From NCBI GenBank assembly GCA_051530055.1, contig CM121342.1:3010797-3074796 (forward strand): DNA of 64,000 nucleotides. Direction: 5' to 3'. Below, one piece after another: positions 39,810 through 53,144 of the stretch (positions within the stretch are counted from its first letter, which is position 1; every line of letters begins with the position of its first letter). This stretch comes from Neoechinorhynchus agilis (taxonomy: Eukaryota; Animalia; Acanthocephala). The translations under genes were made by a program, and so were the position numbers. The notes below the pieces were generated by a model, which saw only the letters and a program-made list of their open reading frames with translations, made no database searches and was not told where the DNA came from.

Positions 39810-40690
39810 CTGCAAGCCAAAATAAACTTTCTCTCATAATCCAATAATAGAGTACAGTGATTGCGACTAGAAGATAAACTGCCAAATAAAGATTCCGCCA
39901 TCCTCTAACAAAATAAACGACTAAATCCAAAATCAACATTCCTATACCCCAAATGAAATTAGCCATTATACACGGGTGCCTCGGTATTCTGCTGCAAAAA
40001 CTTCAATCCTGAGAATATAACAAGAAAGGTGACCAATCTGCCAGCAAATTCCAAATAAAAAAACGGAATACTATAAAAAATATCAAGATGATTCCGATCA
40101 ATAACAAGATATAATGATTTTAACTGAACGGATGCATCCGATTTAGATGGTGTTTGAAAGTGCACAGCCGATTCCGAATATGATATTGATCCAAGCCCCG
40201 AGAAGAGCAATTGGATTCTTACAAAAGTTGTCGCCAAACATTGACAAAACGGCTGCCCCAATTACTGATCCTATGAAAAAGGCTGGCTGTGGAATATCCT
40301 TTAAGAATTTCCGATCGCAATATAGATCAAAAGCGAATACCAGCGATCTGTCGTCGGGAAGCGGGTGGATGTAGCCGTTGGACAGGGTATTGTTTTATTT
40401 GACAGTGAATAATAATTCTCAAACTTTCCATCTGCATTAATTGAAATCGCGTCGCTCATCGGCCATCAAATTAATTTAAAAATTTCTATTCTACTTATAT
40501 TTTTGAAAATAGTAACGTTAAAGCTTTCAATATTTTATTTTTTGAAGCTCTATCATTCAAAGCCTCGTGATCATTTTCTTCAATTCTTTTACTTTTCGCC
40601 CCAATTCTCGTTCTTATACAACTCAAATCCTCCATTAGTAAAGGACATTTATGTTCCGGCATTTGAAATAAATCTAACGAATGAATTTCC
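39810..40690 (-). pseudogene. SLC22-like (MFS organic ion transporter) pseudogene fragment, left arm
   Basis: PEHKC; SLVFAFDLYCDRKFL..AFFIGSVIGAAVLSMFGDNFCKNP; YFVRGWRNLYL..YWIMRES. Contains stops and frameshifts. Confidence 0.72.
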
Positions 40691-41489
40691 CTTCGCTGTT
40701 TTGTGATTACATTGAGTGCCATTTAAACATTTATGGCATCATAGACGTATCTTCTTATATTCTTATAATCTGCCACCTTTTCAGCTATTCTCAAAACCAC
40801 ACCATGGAAAATCCCCTGATTTTCATGATCGAAGTAGATTCCAACAAGTTCATCGGCGACTTCGCTGTATGTTGTATTGCTTGGTGCTGATCATGCGTAG
40901 TCCGAATGTTTTTCTCGTGGTTTTGCAAGGTTCATTGCCTGATTCTGTTCTCGAGTAGAAATGACTGCTGATTCGGTTGAAGATGAAATGATTGAACGTT
41001 GTATTGAACGTGGCTTTTGATCGAATCGATGAGTACGAGTCTATTTCACTATTGTGGCTCATTTGATCACTGAACGATGGTGAACAGTTCATGTTGTGGT
41101 ATGGCGGTACGTTTTCCATTGTGCTTAAATACTTGGATTTGAAGATTCGAATCAGTGAAAGGAAATGCTGAGATCGTGAAAATAAAGATGGCTGAGTTAG
41201 GTGAGGATGCCTTTCAATAGTAAAAGAATGAGAACTTACATTGAAATCATTAAAGCATTTCTGATTCGCAGGATAAAGGCTACTTTGTATTAATGCTGAT
41301 TTTTTGACATTTTTAAATTTTTATCCTTTTTTGCTTAGCGAAAAAATGTTAAAATTAGTCCATAGACAACATTTAGTTGTTAATTGAGAAGCGATTTCCG
41401 TATCGATAACATTTTGTTAAACATACTCATTTTTTTGAGACATCAAATCATTCACACAATCGCTCTGGATCCCTGAGATGCCGTTTTGG

Positions 41490-41730
41490 TGTAACGGTCG
41501 AAAGGACGGATGAAGCGTTCCCTCTCGTTTTCAGAGCAGATTTTTGTAGGAGGAATGCTCCTGATCTCGGATCGCCAGTGATTCGTCTCAATCTCTTAGA
41601 CAATTCCTAGACCAGGTCCTGGGCCGCAGTGAGCTCACACTTTCCAGCATTAAGCTTAACGCTTAATCTCGCATTCTCCCTAATCTTTCCTGATCTCTCG
41701 GTTCGGATATCAGCCTTATGGACGTCAAGA
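41490..41730. mobile_element. Possible solo-LTR-like GC-richer block upstream of the TFIIS-N-repeat gene (mirrored at ~46400-46640)
   Basis: Starts TGTAAC and is abruptly richer in GC than its flanks. No TSD or second LTR identified. Confidence 0.25.
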
Positions 41731-41962
41731 AGGAAGTAAAATGATAATCAGACTCAAGATATAGACAAATAACTACCATACAAATGAAGATTCTTACTAC
41801 GAACAATAAATCATTTTAGTAGGCTGCTATTATTTTTGTCAGCTCTTCTTCAGTACTAATTTTGATTACTAATTCATCAAAACAATGAAAATAAAGCTTC
41901 CATTTCACGTTTGACAATATCTCAGATATTTGTACATTTGAAAGACGCCAATTGAGGTCGAA

Positions 41963-43976
41963 TTGACGTCGTTCAATTTCGGTGCAGTAAAACTAAAACC
42001 ATACTTTAGAATTGTCTTTAAGGTGCAAGAGAACGAATCAAAAATGACGATCAAGCGAACATCAAATGCTAAGGATAAATCACTCGCTCAAATATGTGAT
42101 GAATTGAGAGATAATCTCGACGGTGATTCTTGTACAATCAACCAATCTTTGGCCAAACGAAACCTGCGAGAGTTGTTAACGCGATCGATTACAGCCGAAG
42201 AAATCTTAAACTTTGGGATGCTTGAGATGGTAGACGAAATGGCCGTAGACAAAGATTGCAAAAGTACAAGTTGGTTCCTAAGTAAATTAAAGAGCAAATT
42301 CAAAAAGATTGTCGGTGAAAAATATATTCCAAGGATGAAAACGACGAAGACATTGGTCAGTACGACCTCAACTCTAAAACGAGCAAATAAAGATGAAGTA
42401 ATGGCGAAAAAGAAGATGACAGATTCAAGCGATAAAGGACGAATCCATTATGAAATGGCAACGTCCAAATCATTAAATATGCTGGTTAAAAAAGTTAAAA
42501 TTGGATTGGACTCACAGTTTAAGGTTACAAACAAGAGCTTAGTAACCAGTGTCTTTTCTGAGATTCTCAAACAAGAAATGACCATCTCTCAGATTGGTAA
42601 GTCCGGCCTAATAAAGATTCTCCACCAAATGAATCAAAACAAAGAAAACGGAGAACTTGACCATTTGATTAAAGAAGTTGCAGCAAAAATTAAAGTAGTG
42701 CTTGGCATGGAGAAAGGTAAAAATGCCGATGATAAATCTCATACGATGTCCGGTATCCACTCAAAGTTTGATGTTGAGATTGAAGAGCAGTGTCCGATAG
42801 AAACGAAATCTAAATCCAGTTTTGAAGACGCGAGCTGTAAAGAAATTTCAAGGAAGAGACTGTCATCAACCATTCAAGGCGAAGAGAAAACAAAAATTCA
42901 GCGGACAAATTCAACACATCTCCGTCAAAGAATCTTGATGACTATGAACTCTGAGCACAAAATTGTGAATTCTGATTTATTAAGGAGCATCGTTGATGAA
43001 ATTCTGAAGGGCGAAGTTAGCCTGAGTGAAATTCGTCAATCCGGATTGATAGATGTCCTTGGAGAGATGCTCGACAACGAGGATAATGCTCCACTCAAGA
43101 AACTCTTAATCCAAGTTGCTATGAAGGTCAAGGAGGCTTTCAATCAAAAGCGATCTAAAGAAAGACCAGCGACCAAATCCAAATTGAATAAACCAAAAGA
43201 AGTAGAACCCGAAATATCAAATACTGATTCTAGTGATCGGGGTTCTAACGCAATTTCGGAAAAGAGAACAGAATCGACGAAGAGAATCAATAGCGATGGA
43301 GGAATAGAAACGGGACTTCACAATGTCGAAAACGTTCACAGTCAACAGATTTCAGAATCCAAACAATTGATGCCGCCTTCTTGTTTAACCAAGAAGATTA
43401 AATTACTAAAATTTTTATTGGATTCACAATACGCAACCAAAAGCCTAGAACTGGTGGACGATGTCCTTTCCGAGATTTCAGAATTAGAGATGACTGTGGA
43501 TGAAATCAAAGATTCCGATCTTATAAATATTCTCCATAAGATGGCCAGCAACGGGGAAAACGAACCGTTAATCGACATTATCGATAAAATCGGAAAAAAA
43601 GATGGTGGGAATCTATAATCGGCAACCTACGGAAATGTCCAATATTCCGATCGAAAATAAATCAGGGTCACAATTGAAGGACAAACCACTCAATGAATCG
43701 ATTTCAAAAAGAAAATCAAAGCCTTCAATTGAAATGAACTTGAGCATCAAGGAACTCTGCGATCGTTTAAAAAGCATCTTGGACGAGAAGTTCACAGTTC
43801 GGAACCACGCGATGCTAAAGCGGATACTCAGCGCGATGATTAAACGTGAAATAGCGCTGAGTGAAATTCGGAATAACAATTTGGTCAACATCCTAAGTCA
43901 AGTTCGTTCGAATCAATTAAATATTCGGCACAAGGGACTGCTTGAAAAATTGTTGAAGAAAATAAATGGCGGCTGA
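41963..43976 (+). pseudogene. TFIIS-N-repeat gene, left-arm copy, split by a 1-nt insertion in an A-run at ~43594-43600
   Basis: The 551-aa and 124-aa ORFs together equal the 670-aa mirrored ORF; A7 here vs A6 in the other two copies. Could be a homopolymer error. Confidence 0.8.
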
Positions 43977-44154
43977 TATTATCAATCATCACTGATTTTA
44001 CCCCATGTTTAAGAGACGATTGACCAAGGATAAAATATTGTTCATGATATTCAAGGAGCTTTTAGCTAAAAGCTCCTTGAATATCATGAACAATATTTTA
44101 TCCTTGGTCAATCGTCTCTTAAACATGGGGTAAAATCAGTGATGATTGATAATA

Positions 44155-46167
44155 TCAGCCGCCATTTATTTTCTTCAACAATTTTTCAAGCAGTCCCTTG
44201 TGCCGAATATTTAATTGATTCGAACGAACTTGACTTAGGATGTTGACCAAATTGTTATTCCGAATTTCACTCAGCGCTATTTCACGTTTAATCATCGCGC
44301 TGAGTATCCGCTTTAGCATCGCGTGGTTCCGAACTGTGAACTTCTCGTCCAAGATGCTTTTTAAACGATCGCAGAGTTCCTTGATGCTCAAGTTCATTTC
44401 AATTGAAGGCTTTGATTTTCTTTTTGAAATCGATTCATTGAGTGGTTTGTCCTTCAATTGTGACCCTGATTTATTTTCGATCGGAATATTGGACATTTCC
44501 GTAGGTTGCCGATTATAGATTCCCACCATCTTTTTTCCGATTTTATCGATAATGTCGATTAACGGTTCGTTTTCCCCGTTGCTGGCCATCTTATGGAGAA
44601 TATTTATAAGATCGGAATCTTTGATTTCATCCACAGTCATCTCTAATTCTGAAATCTCGGAAAGGACATCGTCCACCAGTTCTAGGCTTTTGGTTGCGTA
44701 TTGTGAATCCAATAAAAATTTTAGTAATTTAATCTTCTTGGTTAAACGAGAAGGCGGCATCAATTGTTTGGATTCTGAAATCTGTTGACTGTGAACGTTT
44801 TCGAGATTGTGAAGTCCCGTTTCTATTCCTCCATCGCTATTGATTCTCTTCGTCGATTCTGTTCTCTTTTCCGAAATTGCGTTAGAACCCCGATCACTAG
44901 AATCAGTATTTGATATTTCGGGTTCTACTTCTTTTGGTTTATTCAATTTGGATTTGGTCGCTGGTCTTTCTTTAGATCGCTTTTGATTGAAAGCCTCCTT
45001 GACCTTCATAGCAACTTGGATTAAGAGTTTCTTGAGTGGAGCATTATCCTCGTTGTCGAGCATCTCTCCAAGGACATCTATCAATCCGGATTGACGAATT
45101 TCACTCAGGCTAACTTCGCCCTTCAGAATTTCATCAACGATGCTCCTTAATAAATCAGAATTCACAATTTTGTGCTCAGAGTTCATAGTCATCAAGATTC
45201 TTTGACGGAGATGTGTTGAATTTGTCCGCTGAATTTTTGTTTTCTCTTCGCCTTGAATGGTTGATGACAGTCTCTTCCTTGAAATTTCTTTACAGCTCGC
45301 GTCTTCAAAACTGGATTTAGATTTCGTTTCTATCGGACACTGCTCTTCAATCTCAACATCAAACTTTGAGTGGATACCGGACATCGTATGAGATTTATCA
45401 TCGGCATTTTTACCTTTCTCCATGCCAAGCACTACTTTAATTTTTGCTGCAACTTCTTTAATCAAATGGTCAAGTTCTCCGTTTTCTTTGTTTTGATTCA
45501 TTTGGTGGAGAATCTTTATTAGGCCGGACTTACCAATCTGAGAGATGGTCATTTCTTGTTTGAGAATCTCAGAAAAGACACTGGTTACTAAGCTCTTGTT
45601 TGTAACCTTAAACTGTGAGTCCAATCCAATTTTAACTTTTTTAACCAGCATATTTAATGATTTGGACGTTGCCATTTCATAATGGATTCGTCCTTTATCG
45701 CTTGAATCTGTCATCTTCTTTTTCGCCATTACTTCATCTTTATTTGCTCGTTTTAGAGTTGAGGTCGTACTGACCAATGTCTTCGTCGTTTTCATCCTTG
45801 GAATATATTTTTCACCGACAATCTTTTTGAATTTGCTCTTTAATTTACTTAGGAACCAACTTGTACTTTTGCAATCTTTGTCTACGGCCATTTCGTCTAC
45901 CATCTCAAGCATCCCAAAGTTTAAGATTTCTTCGGCTGTAATCGATCGCGTTAACAACTCTCGCAGGTTTCGTTTGGCCAAAGATTGGTTGATTGTACAA
46001 GAATCACCGTCGAGATTATCTCTCAATTCATCACATATTTGAGCGAGTGATTTATCCTTAGCATTTGATGTTCGCTTGATCGCCATTTTTGATTCGTTCT
46101 CTTGCACTTTAAAGACAATTCTAAAGTATGGTTTTAGTTTTACTGCACCGAAATTGAACGACGTCAA
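44155..46167 (-). CDS. Intronless Lys-rich protein with five TFIIS-N-like helical repeats (first ATG gives ~643 aa)
   Basis: Uninterrupted 670-codon ORF with five copies of a pattern such as SEILKQEMTISQIGKSGLIKILHQM..ELDHLIKEVAAKIK, separated by S/K/E-rich linkers. Confidence 0.8.
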   Translation of the reverse strand: MTSFNFGAVKLKPYFRIVFKVQENESKMAIKRTSNAKDKSLAQICDELRDNLDGDSCTINQSLAKRNLRELLTRSITAEEILNFGMLEMVDEMAVDKDCKSTSWFLSKLKSKFKKIVGEKYIPRMKTTKTLVSTTSTLKRANKDEVMAKKKMTDSSDKGRIHYEMATSKSLNMLVKKVKIGLDSQFKVTNKSLVTSVFSEILKQEMTISQIGKSGLIKILHQMNQNKENGELDHLIKEVAAKIKVVLGMEKGKNADDKSHTMSGIHSKFDVEIEEQCPIETKSKSSFEDASCKEISRKRLSSTIQGEEKTKIQRTNSTHLRQRILMTMNSEHKIVNSDLLRSIVDEILKGEVSLSEIRQSGLIDVLGEMLDNEDNAPLKKLLIQVAMKVKEAFNQKRSKERPATKSKLNKPKEVEPEISNTDSSDRGSNAISEKRTESTKRINSDGGIETGLHNLENVHSQQISESKQLMPPSRLTKKIKLLKFLLDSQYATKSLELVDDVLSEISELEMTVDEIKDSDLINILHKMASNGENEPLIDIIDKIGKKMVGIYNRQPTEMSNIPIENKSGSQLKDKPLNESISKRKSKPSIEMNLSIKELCDRLKSILDEKFTVRNHAMLKRILSAMIKREIALSEIRNNNLVNILSQVRSNQLNIRHKGLLEKLLKKINGG

Positions 46168-47429
46168 TTCGACCTCAATTGGCGTCTTTCAAATGTACAA
46201 ATATCTGAGATATTGTCAAACGTGAAATGGAAGCTTTATTTTCATTGTTTTGATGAATTAGTAATCAAAATTAGTACTGAAGAAGAGCTGACAAAAATAA
46301 TAGCAGCCTACTAAAATGATTTATTGTTCGTAGTAAGAATCTTCATTTGTATGGTAGTTATTTGTCTATATCTTGAGTCTGATTATCATTTTACTTCCTT
46401 CTTGACGTCCATAAGGCTGATATCCGAACCGAGAGATCAGGAAAGATTAGGGAGAATGCGAGATTAAGCGTTAAGCTTAATGCTGGAAAGTGTGAGCTCA
46501 CTGCGGCCCAGGACCTGGTCTAGGAATTGTCTAAGAGATTGAGACGAATCACTGGCGATCCGAGATCAGGAGCATTCCTCCTACAAAAATCTGCTCTGAA
46601 AACGAGAGGGAACGCTTCATAAGTCCTTTCGACCGTTACACCAAAACGGCATCTCAGGGATCCAGAGCGATTGTGTGAATGATTTGATGTCTCAAAAAAA
46701 TGAGTATGTTTAACAAAATGTTATCGATACGGAAATCGCTTCTCAATTAACAATTAAATGTTGTCTATGGACTAATTTTAACATTTTTTCGCTAAGCAAA
46801 AAAGGATAAAAATTTAAAAATGTCAAAAAATCAGCATTAATACAAAGTAGCCTTTATCCTGCGAATCAGAAATGCTTTAATGATTTCAATGTAAGTTTTC
46901 ATTCTTTTACTATTGAGAGACATCTTCACCAAACTCAGCCATCTTTATTTTCACGATCTCAACATTTCCTCTTACTGATTCGAATCTTCAAATCCAAGTA
47001 TTTAAGCACAATGGAAAACGTACCGCCATAATCGTTCAATGATCAAATGAACCACAATCCTGAAGTGGACTCGTACTCATCGATTCGATCAAAAGCCACG
47101 TTCAATACAACGTTCAATCATTTCATCTTCAACCGAATCAGCAGTCATTTCTACTCGAGAACAGAATCAGGCAATGAACCTTGCAAAACCACGAGAAAAA
47201 CATTCGGACTACGCATGATCAGCACCAAGCAATACAACATACAGCGAAGTCGCCGATGAACTTGTTGGAATCTACTTCGATCATGAAAATCAGGGGATTT
47301 TCCATGGTGTGGTTTTGAGAATAGCTGAAAAGGTGGCAGATTATAAGAATATAAGAAGATACGTCTATGATGCCATAAATGTTTAAATGGCACTCAATGT
47401 AATCACAAAACAGCGAAAGGAAATTCATT

Positions 47430-48300
47430 CGTTAGATTTATATCAAATGCCGGAACATAAATGTCCTTTACTAATGGAGGATTTGAGTTGTATAAGAACG
47501 AGAATTGGGGCGAAAAGTAAAAGAATTGAAGAAAATGATCACGAGGCTTTGAATGATAGAGCTTCAAAAAATAAAATATTGAAAGCTTTAACGTTACTAT
47601 TTTCAAAAATATAAGTAGAATAGAAATTTTTAAATTAATTTGATGGCCGATGAGCGACGCGATTTCAATTAATGCAGATGGAAAGTTTGAGAATTATTAT
47701 TCACTGTCAAATAAAACAATACCCTGTCCAACGGCTACATCCACCCGCTTCCCGACGACAGATCGCTGGTATTCGCTTTTGATCTATATTGCGATCGGAA
47801 ATTCTTAAAGGATATTCCACAGCCAGCCTTTTTCATAGGATCAGTAATTGGGGCAGCCGTTTTGTCAATGTTTGGCGACAACTTTTGTAAGAATCCAATT
47901 GCTCTTCTCGGGGCTTGGATCAATATCATATTCGGAATCGGCTGTGCACTTTCAAACACCATCTAAATCGGATGCATCCGTTCAGTTAAAATCATTATAT
48001 CTTGTTATTGATCGGAATCATCTTGATATTTTTTATAGTATTCCGTTTTTTTATTTGGAATTTGCTGGCAGATTGGTCACCTTTCTTGTTATATTCTCAG
48101 GATTGAAGTTTTTGCAGCAGAATACCGAGGCACCCGTGTATAATGGCTAATTTCATTTGGGGTATAGGAATGTTGATTTTGGATTTAGTCGTTTATTTTG
48201 TTAGAGGATGGCGGAATCTTTATTTGGCAGTTTATCTTCTAGTCGCAATCACTGTACTCTATTATTGGATTATGAGAGAAAGTTTATTTTGGCTTGCAGT
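47430..48300 (+). pseudogene. SLC22-like pseudogene fragment, right arm
   Basis: Mirror of 39810-40690. Confidence 0.72.
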
Positions 48301-49713
48301 TCATTAACGACAAGCTGATGTAAATAAAATATTAACCGAAGCATACAAAATGAACTCAACCAAACAACAAGAGTGCCATTCGCCGTGCTCGTTTGGCCCA
48401 GGAACGATGGGTACAAGGTCGAGTACTTCAAACCGATTTTTTGCTTAGAGGATGAATTCGGCAGATAATACCAGTTCGAAATTTGATTAAGTCGAAGGAT
48501 ATCAATAAGAAACTAACAGACTTTACAAAGGATTGTTAAAGCTACGATTTTATATCATTGAAGTTAGGGTTGTAAGCCAAAGACAAAGAACGACAATTAG
48601 CGATGTTGAAGAAACCGCTAGGAACTCACGACCTCCACCGGCGGCGAGCTGGGATGTTGAGCTTTGCAATAAAAAACTTGATGAAGTCAGAAAATCCCGC
48701 ACGTATTCGGTACAAGAGTCACGCAAGAGACTGTTAGGAAATAGAGAAATATCAGAAGATTTGGTTCGATGGTGCTATTGTTCCATAGCAATCAAGTGAG
48801 CAGGAATCAAGAAAAAGCCAACTAGTGAATTGAAATCTAAAGTAAATTCCATTGAGTTGGAAAATCCAAAACGTATTCGGTACAGGAATCACGCAAGAGA
48901 CTGTTAGGAAATAGAGAAATATCAGAAGATTTGGTTCGATGGCGTTGAAAAAACTAACAATTTCAACTTATAATGGAGAGTCCTGAAGCCTTTAATGATG
49001 CCTTTATTGATAAAATTGGTGGAAACAATGCAAACTAAAATTAGTGTCGCGAATCTCACTCCTACGGACGTTGATCCTTCAACAATGCTCCTCGATATGT
49101 ACAAACTCAGTTTAACTCACCGATTTCTAAGTTTATTGTCGGACGAAACAACACAAAATTCATTCTGGCTTTGAATACAAAAATCATGAGATGTAGGTTT
49201 TAACCATCACGCAATGAGGATTGCAAATATATTCATGGATGTAAATACTTTTTAACAACTCTCAAAGGAAGCTCTACAAAAGGCCGAAAATGTGCATTTG
49301 ACCACGATCTCAAGTCGGAACACAATCTCCAGGCAGCAAAGTTCCATGGTGCCGATAAAGTAAAAATCCGAACCCTCAAAAAGATCTTATTTATAACGGA
49401 TTTCGAGACTGGTCGTATGCTTAGATTGTGTGACGGTTTTGTGATGGATAAAGAGTGCCAGAAGGTTCATGCTTGTTTTTATTTTGTGGCAAGCAATAGT
49501 TGCCGATTCGGCCCGAACTGCCATAGTCGCGGTCGTCCACCCGAACAGCGGCCTATATTCGGCGAGGCCCTTCTACAAAATGCGTCCTTTTTAAGACAAA
49601 AAGAGAAGATGGAACTGGTCAGGAGGATGAATTATTGGTTGCAAGTATTATAAACAAACGAATAACATAACTTCCATGTGTGACAATTAACCGCTCTCAC
49701 GATCGCTAAAGTT

Positions 49714-50260
49714 ATGGTCAGTGCGTCCACCGACGAATGGGCTCAAATGAACCTCAGCCGGTGGAGATGTTCGTCCAATATCCATTCAGAACTCACTGGT
49801 TTCAATCTACGAACGGGCACTAATTGCATCGACCACGGATGCCACGGTTTTTTACCCCATAAATCCGTTCAGACGGCTTTGTCTGAAATTATCACCAATT
49901 TTAATTCGAATCAGGAGTCAATGAACATTTTAATTTCCTTCGATATCTCTAAGGCTTTTGATAGCATTGATATCGCTTTTATAATAAAGATCCTTTGTTA
50001 TTTTCAGTCTAAGCAATTTTTTTATCAAGATGACACATCTCTCAAGATTTATCATCAAACTAAAGGAGTTCCGCAAGGGTCCCCTCTCTCACTCATCCTC
50101 TTCTAATTTGCTTCCCAATTTCTGCTTAAGAACTGCCGAGCCTGCAATGAATTAACCCTATATGCAGACGATTTCAATGCGGTGATCAAGGAAGCGAACT
50201 ACCTAGCCGCTATAAGGAAACTCTCAGATTTACTGTCATGTCTTAATTCTATTCTCCTTC
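49714..50260 (+). mobile_element. Degenerate LINE (CR1/L2/Jockey-type) reverse transcriptase fragment
   Basis: HGFLPHKSVQTAL, FDISKAFD, GVPQGSPLS and, after a stop, LYADD. EAFNDAFI at ~48973 may be the upstream linker. Confidence 0.85.
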
Positions 50261-51321
50261 AGACCCTTTAAAGACGAAATTTATTTTAAAATCTTAGTCG
50301 GTTTTTGATAAACAACGTGTTCGCGAATTTTATAAACAATTTTTTAATCTGACCTCGTCGTCAGTTTCTAATAAGATCACAATCTTGGGAAACACCCTAC
50401 GACCTCCGCAAATTCAAAAAACTTAAGTGTCGCTAAGCTTAAATGCAGAAGATCTTTTAAACTTGAACTCTGCTCTCATGATACCAGAAGCATTTGGAAC
50501 TCTTGAGCAATCTCGGGCCTAGTTTTTTACTCGTGAGGAATACCCCCGAATAACGATTAAAGTACATTATCACTTTCCTAGAGGCTCTGGGCAAACTCCC
50601 TTACTCCTGGAAACAAGCGCTTAAATGGACAGCGATGATATAACTTTATTACTATCGAATTATAATTATTCCTACACATAAATTATGTCGGTTAATCATC
50701 CAATGTCTTCCTTCGAATAAATCTTGAGCCTCGTGTTAGGATAATTCATCAATTCGTTCACACAGCACCGAAACTTGCAGTTGAAGATTGGCAATCTCTT
50801 TTTCCACATTTGAGTCAAAAATAGAGCTTCCTAGAAGATGTAACAGGCGTAGAGTGATCTCGCAGGATTCAGTTCAATGTAAATTTTCGTAACTAAGTAT
50901 TCAAGCTATTGCAATTATAAATTTTATTAGCAACGTTAGACGTCTAAAATCCAATTCGTTAGGACGCAACGTAGTGACCAAAGTTTAAGTTTTGATGAAA
51001 TCCGATTTAAATCGGTTATAGAATTTGCTAGTTAGAAATCTCGTAGACTACTGGGATTTGGAATTAACTTTATTTCTCGTGAAAATACTGAAGCCAATCC
51101 CCTGCACATATCTTTTGCTTTTTTAATTAAAACAGCGCTTTAGAAAGGCCAACTAATTCTTTGGGTTCACTCGAATACGGACGTTTGCTGATAAATACCG
51201 TGATTTGCCGGAAAGCAAATCGAGTTGTTTACAAAACATTTCAATGTTACGCTCTAATTATTTGTTTATGTTCCGCCAATTTTCCCGATTGATGGGTTCT
51301 TAGACTCACAATCTCTCGCCG

Positions 51322-52068
<747 letters not shown>

Positions 52069-52459
52069 ACGTAATACAGTAATCGATAGGCGTGATAGTT
52101 TCATAATTTTTTCTAAAATAAAGCATAGTCGCAATTTGAGTTTTTATGGCGGTACCATGTTGAAACATTTATTTCGCGGACGACTCTCGGATCCTCGAAT
52201 CAAGTAAGCATTGCACATGAGTATCTCGGCTCATCAAGTAAGATAAAAATTGAAATCGGTAAGCGTTAACTAGGAAAAATGACACAGACAAAAATCAAAG
52301 GTTAATATATCCTCCGCCAATTTCCTGTTCATGACTGTTGTGCCGATGACTAGGCGAATCGTGCTCGCTACTTTATCGTCGTCAAAGTTAAAAAGTGCAA
52401 CCCTTTTCGTTGTTTTTAAGAGAACTGTATCGACTTTAATGACACTTACGACTAATCGA

Positions 52460-53144
52460 TCACTTTTTGTCTCGTTTATGATGTCGGATCTTTTTTGATT
52501 TCCTTATTGTTCCAAACAGTTTAGGCTTTCGCTTTAAAACTCGTTTGTCATTTTTACTCAGTGCATCAATTGCTCTCAATGCATCCTTCGTACTTCTCAT
52601 TTGAACAATTCTTCTAATATGTTTAAACAACAGAACTTCCCAACAACCAAATCACGACTAATGGCACCTTTTCGCATGGGTAACCCGTCCTTCTTCATTT
52701 TTGCGAGTAGTTCCATGTTGGACATGTCACCGGACGACGGTCCTTGCTCATCACTAGAGTCCTTATCGGCCTGGCCTCGTTGTTGGCACTTTATGCATCG
52801 GACATCCCTAATTTGTATGCCAAACGGTTGGTCTTTTACTTTATCATTGGGTTTGGCCCATTGCTCACGTGGAGCTCCTCGCCACCGTCTTTTCCACCAT
52901 CGTCGGCTGTCATACCAATCGGAGGATTGTACATGAATGAAAGTCCCAAACGACCTTTCTCATCACCCAGCAACCACCGATTCGCAAACATCTCCTTTTC
53001 CTTGTCATGCTGCTCTTTTAAAAGTTGCTGCTGTAGCCGTTCAGCTTCGGCCTTTTGCTCAGCCATCCAGAGGCGTTTCATGTTCCCCAAATTGCTGGGA
53101 TGAAACCACTTCTTGGACATGTAATTCTCGTAGCCTTTCCCCAT
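52460..53144 (-). CDS. CIR1: Corepressor interacting with RBPJ 1 / CWC25-like N-terminal region, compact and possibly decaying
   Basis: MGKGYENYMSKKWFHPSNLGNMKRLWMAEQK..LLGDEK..GLSFMYNPP; GAPREQWAK..KDQPFGIQIRDVRCIKC; DALSKNDKRVLKRK. Needs two frame changes. Confidence 0.82.

Larger units (their letters stand above)
38584..49525. repeat. ~10.9-kb spacerless palindrome (arms 38584-44065 and 44066-49525)
   Basis: Centre aaggagcttttag|ctaaaagctcctt is perfectly self-complementary. ORFs are mirrored on both arms. The arms differ by scattered substitutions and small indels. Confidence 0.97.

Noticed and set aside
39810-48300. Stop-codon reassignment to explain in-frame stops in the SLC22 and RT fragments
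   Set aside because: Intact genes end in TAA or TGA and contain no internal stops; the fragments also carry frameshifts, so ordinary decay explains them.
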